DNA of 64,000 bases from Patescibacteria group bacterium (lineage in GTDB: Bacteria > Patescibacteriota > Minisyncoccia > Phycocordibacterales > WO2-35-19): NCBI GenBank assembly GCA_038056395.1, contig JBBUFS010000004.1:884-64883 (forward strand). The letters run 5' to 3'. Shown here piece by piece: positions 1 to 9,200 of the stretch (within the stretch, counting starts at the first letter, position 1; every line of letters starts with the position of its first letter). Both the position numbers and the translations under genes were made by a program. The notes beneath the pieces are model-generated. The model saw nothing but the letters and a program-made list of their open reading frames with translations. It had not been told where the DNA came from and made no database searches.

Positions 1-110
1 GTGTTTATGGCTTCCCTAGGCTGATTTTTATTTTTTTGCCAAAAAATCACCGATATCAAAACCAAAACGGCAATGACGGTTGATATTATTATTTTTGTTT
101 TTTTATTCAT
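1..110 (-). CDS. 5' fragment of a gene running off the window; N-terminus MNKKTKIIISTVIAVLVLISVIFWQKNKNQ... (signal-anchor/TM-like)
   Basis: Reverse complement of 1..110 reads ATG AAT AAA AAA ACA AAA... and continues open to the window edge; hydrophobic stretch follows the basic N-terminus. Not in the ORF track because it is truncated. Confidence 0.3.
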   Translation of the reverse strand, partial: MNKKTKIIISTVIAVLVLISVIFWQKNKNQPREAIN

Positions 111-149
111 GGGATTTTTATTATTAATTTCTATTCCTAACTCTCCAAA

Positions 150-230
150 CCTCCCTTAAATTAAGGGAGGGTTTAAGGAAGAAAAATGCTAATGCATTTT
201 TCCATAAATCTCCTCTTAACTTAAGAGGAG
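150..230. terminator. Three consecutive perfect hairpins downstream of the giant gene stop: 150-170 cctcccttaa-a-ttaagggagg; 181-202 gaaaaatgc-taat-gcatttttc; 210-230 ctcctcttaa-c-ttaagaggag
   Basis: Inverted repeats with 9-10 nt arms read directly from the sequence, lying between the stop of 287..11314(-) and the next minus-strand start at 110. Confidence 0.45.
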
Positions 231-286
231 TTTGAGGAGTTAGGTTTTGTTTTATAAATTTAAAATTTATCATTTGAAATTAATGT

Positions 287-3200
287 TTATGGCGCCGGTT
301 CAACTATGGGTTCAGGTGTCGGTTCCACTACTGCCGATGGAGTTTCCAACGGAGGCTCGGTAACAGGTACCGGTTCAGGAATTGGTTCAGGAATTATTTC
401 CGGCTTGCCCAGCGAAGCTTCAGCGGAGTTGGGAGTAGTAGTGGCAATCGGCTCTTCTATTATTGGCGGAGTGGTGGAAGCTGCTTGCCCTGAGTCAGTC
501 GAAGGGGTTGGTTCTTCTATTGTTGGAGGCGTTGTGTCTGGAGTGGTGGTAGCGGTGGGAGCAGGAGCGATTCCGGAAGAAGCAATCATGGCCGCCAATT
601 GCTCTTTGTTGACGCAGACATTATCTATGCAAAGCTCTTTGGTCTCCACCTTATCAGCCACCAGACTGCCTGTAATAAGTTTTGTTATCTTGACAAAGCC
701 GTTGCCGATTTCCATTCCGATTTGCTTCAAAAATTCAAACAAACCAAACCACTTGCTTGGCACATCCATGACACTGGCGCCATCCGCAGAAACAAGAGTT
801 TTGGCGCTTTCAACTTCTCTCCAGCCGCTTTTTATATAAGCCATAACCGTCTCTTCGGTATAAGAAGTGGAGGAAGCCGTATCTGATTCAGGAGTATAAA
901 AAGCGGTAGAAGTGGCTCCGCCCACCGCCACCCCGACAATATATCCGCTCTCTATCATTTTGACCGCCACGCCCGGCGTAGTGGAAGAAAGAGCTAGATA
1001 ATCGCCAATTTCAATGGCCCCATTTTCATTTGAAATTTTAACCGGCACCTGCCCGGCGATAGAAACCAAAACATTGTATTGGTTATAATTTTGGTCGCAG
1101 TCCGCGTCATTCACGAAACAAATCGGCCCGTTGCCTATAAAGCCGGGATTGGTGGAAACGATACCAAGGGGCTCCGCTTCCCAAGGTGGCACCTTTGGGG
1201 CATTTCCTAAGGTGCCACCTTGGGAAACAGACCCAGCCCTGACTACACTTTTATCTTTCGTCCTATCAAGCGCCACAATTTCTCCAAACTTCGGCTTATT
1301 ATTCAAATCAGAAATTCTAAAATATTCAGCCATGTCGGCGGCAGAGGTGGTGAAAGCGACCACGCTGGCGCCATTGCCTTGTATTTTGCCTCCTACCGTC
1401 TGGGTGCCATCGGCAAAGGCCACGAAATAGTTGCCGGTGGTTCGGCTGGCATTGGCCACGCCGAGAGTAATCAGCAAGCCGTCGGCATCAGCGCCGGTGT
1501 TGGCATTGTCTATGCGAGCGATATAAGTAGACGCTTGGTTGCCTTGAACTGTAAAGTCGTAAGCCAAAGTGGAGGTGCCTATACCGACGGCGCTATTGGT
1601 GGAATCAACCACAAAGGCAGCGGCGCCCAGTCCGTCATAAAGATTGAGGGCGGTGGTGCTTGAAAGATTCATCCAAAGCCCGCCCTCCGCCGTAAAGCCT
1701 GACAAAAATGTCCCGCCCGAAGAATACATGTTCAAAAGATTGGCCGTCTGGCCGGTGGCCGCCGTTATGTCAACTCCGGCGTTTGTGCTTCCTGCCGTAG
1801 TATCTACTTCAAAGACCGGCGTGCCGCTGGCCATTTGGATTGAAAAAGCGGTGCTTGAAGAAATTTTTTGAGTGAAGCCTCCCCATTGGCTGATAGTAAT
1901 TATATTTCCGCTGATGGAACTGCTGGCGATAGTGAGCAAATCTTTAGCCGTTCCCGCCCCTTGCAAAGAAAAGAGAGCGCCGGGCGCCGCTGTGCCTATG
2001 CCCACATTATTGCTGGAAAAATCATAAACAAATCCTGAACCTTCAATGGCTAAGCCTCCGGCGATGGTGGAAGTGGCGATGGTGGAAGTGGCATTAAAAT
2101 TGCCAAATGTCGGAGTGCTTGTAGCGACGATAGCGCCGGAGGCGTTGGTTGAAAGAAGTGAATTAACAGCCGCGCCAGTGAGAGTGAGAGACGGAGTTGA
2201 AATTGAAGAAGTGGCAATCAAGTTTGCCATCGTTACTGTGCCTCCGTCAAAATATCCGCTTCCGGCCACAGACATTTTATAACCGGGTGTGGTGGAGCCA
2301 ATGCCGAGGTTACCGGCAGAATTGAGAGCCAGCAATGTGGTGGAAGCCGAGTTCACAATATTCAATAAATCTTGAGCGGTTGAGGACGCCCAAATAGTTA
2401 GCCGCGCGTATGGCGTGCTTGTGCCTATGGCGATACCCTCATTTTTGGTGTCCCCGCTTCCGTCTGATTCGCTGTAAAGAGTGAGCAGGGGCAAGCCGTC
2501 AATTGAGGCGGAATAACTTTCAATAGTGCCGGCAGAAGCGGAAGATGTGACCGGCATATCAGCCCAAGAAACTATGCCCGCATCGGAATCAAAACTCTGC
2601 GCTCCCAAGACCAAATTATCAATGGCGGTTTCTCCGGTACTCCAATCATAAGTGATTGCCCCATTGCCCACATCCAATCCGCCAACAATAGTTGTCGTCG
2701 CCGTGCTTGTGCTCATCCAAATATCTCCTAAATGATTGACTCTGAAAAATGTGTTGGTGCTGGAGCCAATAATAAAACTATCCATACCCGCTCCTGCATG
2801 AACTGATAAAGTAGCGTAAGGAGAAGATGTCGCTCCTATTCCAACATTTCCCGTCGCGCCAATAATAGTCAGAGCAGAAGTTGTCGTCGTCGCCGTTCCA
2901 TCAACCGTCGTCGTGGCAAAATACAAATTACCTCCGGCGTTTCTTGTTATCCATTGAGCGATGCCCGCCCCGTCAGTGAGTGATGTTGATGAAGCGACGG
3001 TTAATCGTGCAATTGATGACATTGTGGTAGTGCCGATGCCGACGTTACCCTGACTATTAATACGCATCCTTTCAACCGGGTCTTCTCCTCCTCTGTTCCA
3101 AAATATAAGAGCTGTGACAGTATCACTTGTTCTTATGGCCCTAATACCTGCAAGATTATATGCAGAAGAATTACCCAGTGAAATACCAGCCCCGTCGCTA

Positions 3201-6200
3201 CTATTAGACCTTACTAATAATTGAGATCTGGCATCGCCTTGTGCTGTACCATAAGCACCAAATATCTCGGCCGCAGCTCCACTTTGCACACTAGGTGTGC
3301 CAACTAAGAAAGTACCATTTACGTGTAGTTTCTGCAACGGATTCGCCGTCCCTATCCCCACATTTCCCCCATTAGTCACGACGAAAGAAGTGTTGTGGGC
3401 GATGATGCCGCCGAATTCAATAGGGTCATCATTCCACTCATGTTCAAACTCCATAGATCTAAGATCATTATTGTATTTTTTAAGAAGTTTTTGTTCTTCT
3501 TCAAGAGAAAGAATTTTGCCGCTCTTTTTATATTTCAAATGCCCCGCCACGAAGTTGTGCGTGCCTTCCACTTCTATATCGTAGACCTGTTTTTCCTCCA
3601 GCTTTTCTATTTTCTTTATCTTTTCAAAATTCAAATTATTTTCCAGGGACTGCAGTTTGCCCTCATCATGATTTATTGTTTGCGTCTCTATAACAGCAAT
3701 CTCCTGCCCCTCTTTCAAATCGGAGGTTTTTACCCAAGAATCCTTAATTTGCGGAGAATTTCTCTCAATCCTAATTCCAACTTTATTCAGAGCCCATTTT
3801 AGGATTGATTTCTTATCCACATTGGAATCTGTTGAAACGCTTGACAAACCAAACAGGTTCGCTATACTTGGGACACATTCTCCCCTGCCTCGTTCCGTTT
3901 TCGGAGCGGGGTATGGTTTTTTATAGGAGTTCTTATCGCCAATAATTTTCTGGAAAAGCCCTTCAATCGTCCAGCCGAGACGGGAAAGCAATATATATTT
4001 GTGGGCCAAAGAAGTCAGTGCGCCGGAGAGATTTTCCCTTCCGGCAATTATCACCACTTTTTTACCCAAAGCGTTAAGATCTTTTATAAGCGGAGCAAAG
4101 TCGCCATCGCCAGAAAATAAAACTAGAGTATTAAAATCTTCCGCCAACCGAAGCGCGTCTGTAGCTATTTCTACATCAAAATTAGCTTTCGGCTCCAGAA
4201 GCTCAATACCTTGATCATCAAGACGCTTGGCTTCTGATAGTATTGAATTCCTGATTTTTTCTCCACAGGCCTTCAGCCATCTTGAATTTTGATCATTGTC
4301 CAAAAGGTCAGACAAAGAAATCTTAAAATACTGGACTGGTTTAGTGATAATTGAATATCCCGCTTTTTTGAGAAAATTAAAGAATGAGGGTTGATTTAGA
4401 TTTCGTTCATCTGTTCCATAATAGAAGCGGGTATCATATATGCCTATTTTTTTAAGAGTCCTAATCAATATTTCGAGATTCATAGTTAAACCTCTCTTAA
4501 CAAGCCATGATTTTATATTTGCGTAATCAATAAATGCCATAGCTCCGGACTTTGGCCTGCCTATTTTTTCTCTTACTAAATACGGATGAGTGCCCGTAGT
4601 TTCAATGTATCTGCCCGACTCAGTGGTCAATCTGTAAACGGTACGAACGCCCGTATCCAAAAGGCCGTTTATTATATGATATTCAAATTGGCCGGTTTTC
4701 TGATTCAAAGAAAGCACTTCATCTCCAGGCAAGATGTCTTTGATCGGAACAAACAAACTTTCGTATTCATCTGTTTCAAATTCTTCTCCGTCAGAATCGG
4801 TGTATTTTTTCCTGCGTCTTCTGCGAATTTTTAATAGGGTATCTCCCGTCACGCATTGAGTGGTTGAACCGATGGCAAATGCCGGACCGAGAATGCCCGT
4901 GGGATTTATTGACAACTGAGCCCAAGGCGATGAACTTGCAATCCCCACATTTCCCGTCGCGCCAATTATTGTTAATGCCGAAGTTGTCGTCGTTGCTTCT
5001 CCTGTAATTGTCGTAGTGGCAAAATACAGATTTCCTCCAGCGTTTCTTGTTATCCACTGAGCCACTCCCGCTCCATCAGTGAGAGATGTTGATGAAGCCA
5101 CAGTCAGACGATATTGAGGAGTGGTTGTCCCGATGCCGATTTGACCAGAGGAATCAATCAGCATTCTTGTGGCGATTGCGCCACCGGTTGGTTTGGTCTG
5201 AAACGCAAGCGCGCCCGCGTCATCAGCTCCAGCCCGAGCGCTAGCTATGCTGGCTACACGATTCGTCTGATGGTAAAAATCAATTAGAGCAAAACTTGTG
5301 TTGGTGGTTCTGCTTCCCTGCAGTTCCAGTGAAGAAAGGACATTCTCCGAAGCTCCAGCGGAAATAGTTAAGGATTTATTTACACCAGTGGTCAAACCAG
5401 GACTTTCCGTCCCCACCCCCACATTACCCACCGAGTTAATTATAAAGTATGTAGATGTAGCGGAAGCTCCAGTTGAACTTGCCACAACGAAGAGAGGAAC
5501 AACAGATGCTCCATCGGAGTATGAGGAGACAGAGAGTTTGGCCAGAGGAGAAGTGGTGCCAATGCCTAGGTTACCGTTAAAGACGAAGCCGTCTGTGTCA
5601 GTCAGTCCGTTGCCACCGGAGTTAGTGTGTATTATTCGATTAGCTGTAAATCCAGTTTGATCTGTGTCTGTTAAGGCGAGGAATGTTGAGACTCCTGATC
5701 CCCCACCAACGCAATTATTATTAATAGCAAAACATCCTGCGCTTAAGTTGATGCCGACATTTGATGTAGTGGTGGCTGTTGCGGATATATCAAGACCGGC
5801 TAAAGTGGTAGTGCCAAATCCTTCGGTTGAAACGGAGAGGAGAGATTTGGTTGAAGAGCCAACAGCAAAACCCCAAATATCTCCGGCTTGAGTTTCAATA
5901 CCCAATCGAGCAAACGGGGTGGTGGTGCCAACCCCTGTTTTGCCTTGATTAGTCACAACAAAACTGGTGTTGTGAGCGACGATGCCGTTGGCCACGAAGT
6001 TGTGGGTATTTTCAATTTCAATATCGTAAACTTTTTCCTCTGGCATAATTTCAATCTTTGAAATAACATCCCAAACAGATCTTTTATTGCCGGATACGGC
6101 TATTTTTTGGCCTTCCTTTAGACCCTTCACCTTTGTCCACACCCCACCGCTTGACAAAGATGGCGGCTTGGAATAGAGTGTATCCAATAACGCAACCCCA

Positions 6201-9200
6201 AGCCCTGTGCTTGGGGCTTGTTTTTTATCTGCGCCATTTGCCGTATTTTGATACAAGTTTAGGTCATTTTGGTAGTCATCTATGTTTATATGCAGTATCT
6301 GTCTCAACTCCCAAGCCATATTATTTTCAAACCCGGCAAAAGCTATTTTCTTCCCTTTGTTTATGGAATATTTCTTAAGCGGCAAAAGATCGCTGTCTCC
6401 GCTTACTACAAGTATTGCATCGAGATTTTTTGCGGTTTCTGTAACATCAAGAGTAAGTTCTACATCCATATCTCCCTTCTTTTCCATCACCTCTGCCATC
6501 TTTCCATTTATTTCCTTATTAGTTTTTATGTATTTAAGAGGTTTGGTAATTAAATTAACATACGGCTCAACAAAACTTATGTATTTCAATGTCTTCTCTC
6601 TGGACTCATCGCCTTCTTTCGGTATAGCTGTGTAGAAATTTATAAACTGCAAATCAAAAAACTTGGAAAGTTCTTTCTTCAATTTTGCAAAATCAATTTT
6701 CCAGCCCGCTTTTTTCTGAGCATAGAACATATTTGAGTTGTCATAAAATACTCCAAGTTTTGGCTTGACTGGAAGTTTTTCTGGTTTGGTTTGGGTGAAG
6801 TACGGATGCTCGCTTGTCGTCCTGATGGACTTGCCGGAGGCGGTGGTCAGTTTATAAATTTCTTTTTTGCCTGTGTAAACTACTTGCTTGACTTTGCTCC
6901 AGACAAGTTTGCCTGTTTTGGTATCAAGTGATTGAACTTCATCGCCTTCTTCTATGTCTAATATGGTTGGGTTGTCATAAACATACTCCGTATCCAAATC
7001 CGAAGCACTAAATCCGAAATCCGAAAGTTTGGAATTTGGATCATTTGGATTTGGAATTTGTTTAGAATTTCGAGTTTTGAATTTCGAATTTCTTCGACGC
7101 CTTCGTCGAAGTCTAGTGTCTCCCGTCACGCACTGCGTTGTTGAACCTATGGCAAATGCCGGACCGAGAATGCCCGTGGGATTTATTGACAACTGAGCCC
7201 AAGGTGATGAGCTTGCAATTCCCACATTTCCCGTCGCGCCAATTATTGAAAGCGCTTCTATTGAACTCGTCGCTGTTCCGTCAACCGTGGTAGTGGCAAA
7301 ATACAAATTCCCTCCTGCGTTTCTTGTCACCCATTGAGCTACTCCTGCTCCGTCAGTGAGTGCTGTGCTTGATGCGACAGTTAGACGGTATTGAGGTGTG
7401 GTGGTGCCGATGCCGACGTTGCCAGAAGATGTGATTCGCATTCGTTCAACTTGGTTGGTTACAAAACCCAAGACGTTCGCTGCCGGTGAAAATAATCCGG
7501 TACCAGTGCCTAAGATAGCTAAAGCTGGCACGTTCGCTACGCCACCACTGGTTATGAAGAATTTATTACTAACACCGATGTAGTCCGACGAGGAGCGGTT
7601 GAGATAATCGCCACTTGTACCGATATAAAGGTTAGTTACAACGCGGGCGCTGCCATTAACTTCCAAAGGATAGATAGGACTCGCCGTCCTGATGCCGACA
7701 TTGCCATTAGCCAAAACGGTGAAGAGAGTTGAGGTGGCGGTGCCGCCGGTGGTTGAGGCGATGGTGAAGAGAGGCGTGTTGATGGCGGTGTTGAGATTGT
7801 TTGAAATTGAAAGCAGAGAATATGGTGATGTCGTCCCAATACCGACATTGCCGCTTTGCGCAATGAAGAGAGAGGATGTAGCTGTCAAAGTTGTGCCGAC
7901 GGAATCATAAAATGGAACTTGGCCTTGCAAAGTAGAAGCGCCGACCGAACCAGCTCCGGTGCCCGCGCATATGCCGTTGATTGCGAAACATCCGGCTGAA
8001 AGATTGATGCCTACATTTGATGTGCTTGTGGCTTGACCGATAATATCCAAACCGCGAATTGTGGTTGTTCCAAATCCCCCGCCTGCGATTTCTAGAGCAG
8101 AGATGGTAGTAGTGGCTTCTCCGGTGATTGTTGTGGTGGCGAAATATAAATTCCCTCCGGCGTTCCTAAATGTCCATTGGCCAATGCCTGCTCCGGCTGA
8201 AAGCGAAAGTTGAGGCGAGGTGGAGGAAGATACCGTCAGTTGATAACTGGCGGCAGTGGTAGTGCCGATGAGTATTTGCGAAGTAGTGGCGGACAAACCA
8301 AGTAAGGGATGAGTCCAAGCGTCGTAGGAAGAGAGAGGAGTAAATCCGAATATGGAAGATGAGGCGGCTACATTGAGCGTTCCATCATTTCCGGCCGTGT
8401 AGACGAAACCGTTGGCGGTCAAATTTGAAAGTTTAGGAATACTGGCCGAACCTTCCACGGTAAGATTGCCGCCAAGGTAAGTGTTGTGAGCGATGATGTC
8501 GTTCCCCACGAAGTTGTGAGTGCCTTCCACTTCAATGTCATAGACTTTTTCAGCTGGCAGACGCTTGATCTCAATTACTTTTTCCCAAGCGGCTCTCTCC
8601 CCGTGAATAACAGCTACAGATTCGCCGACTCGCAGATCCCCCGCCACTCTCCACACGCCATCCTTGACAAGATTTTCAGATTTGCTATACTTGCTCTCAA
8701 GAAGCGCTCGTGAGCCAACCAGACTCTCGTCTTTGTGCGAGAAAACAGTAGCTCTAAGGGCGTTTTCTGTTTGGGCCAAAAGCGCGGTCGCGTCTGCTCC
8801 GACTTTTTCATCCGCTTTTTTCTTGCCAATATGAACGCCCCAGGCCGCAAAGTGAGCCGGCGACTTTTTGCCGATTGGAGCGAAATGTATTTCAATATCG
8901 GCAAATTGATTTTTGATGATAGAAGCAATAATTTTATCATGACCGATATACTCGGTATCAATAACAAGCTCGTGAACTGTAGATTTGAGCTTCAACAAAG
9001 CTTCTTTTATGCCGATAGCAAACAAAATCGCATAAAGTTTGCCTGATTTTTTAAATCTTTTCTTGAAATTTTGTTTTATCTCGCGCGGTATTACGACCGA
9101 GATTGAGTTTTCTTGATTTGCCACTGATATGACGGTATCATGATTGAAGTTTTCAATCTTTACTGATTGATCCGCTTCAAATTTGTAAAGCTTTTGGTTC

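Noticed and set aside
3956-4546. LVLFSGDGDFAPL superficially resembles a LAGLIDADG motif
   Set aside because: Only one such motif is present (LAGLIDADG enzymes need two, or a dimer, in a characteristic helix context). It occurs together with the FIDxxN and acidic middle motifs in the order and spacing of NYN/LabA domains, and intein 2 has the same SGDSD version.
4850-4870. Apparent 1-nt frame inconsistency when mapping intein 3 Cys1 by eye
   Set aside because: Most likely my own indexing error within the line; the ORF track shows one continuous frame, so no frameshift is claimed.
7000-7140. Short direct/inverted repeats that could be mistaken for a CRISPR-like array
   Set aside because: Units are 8-9 nt microsatellite repeats inside a coding region, with no spacer structure and no cas genes.
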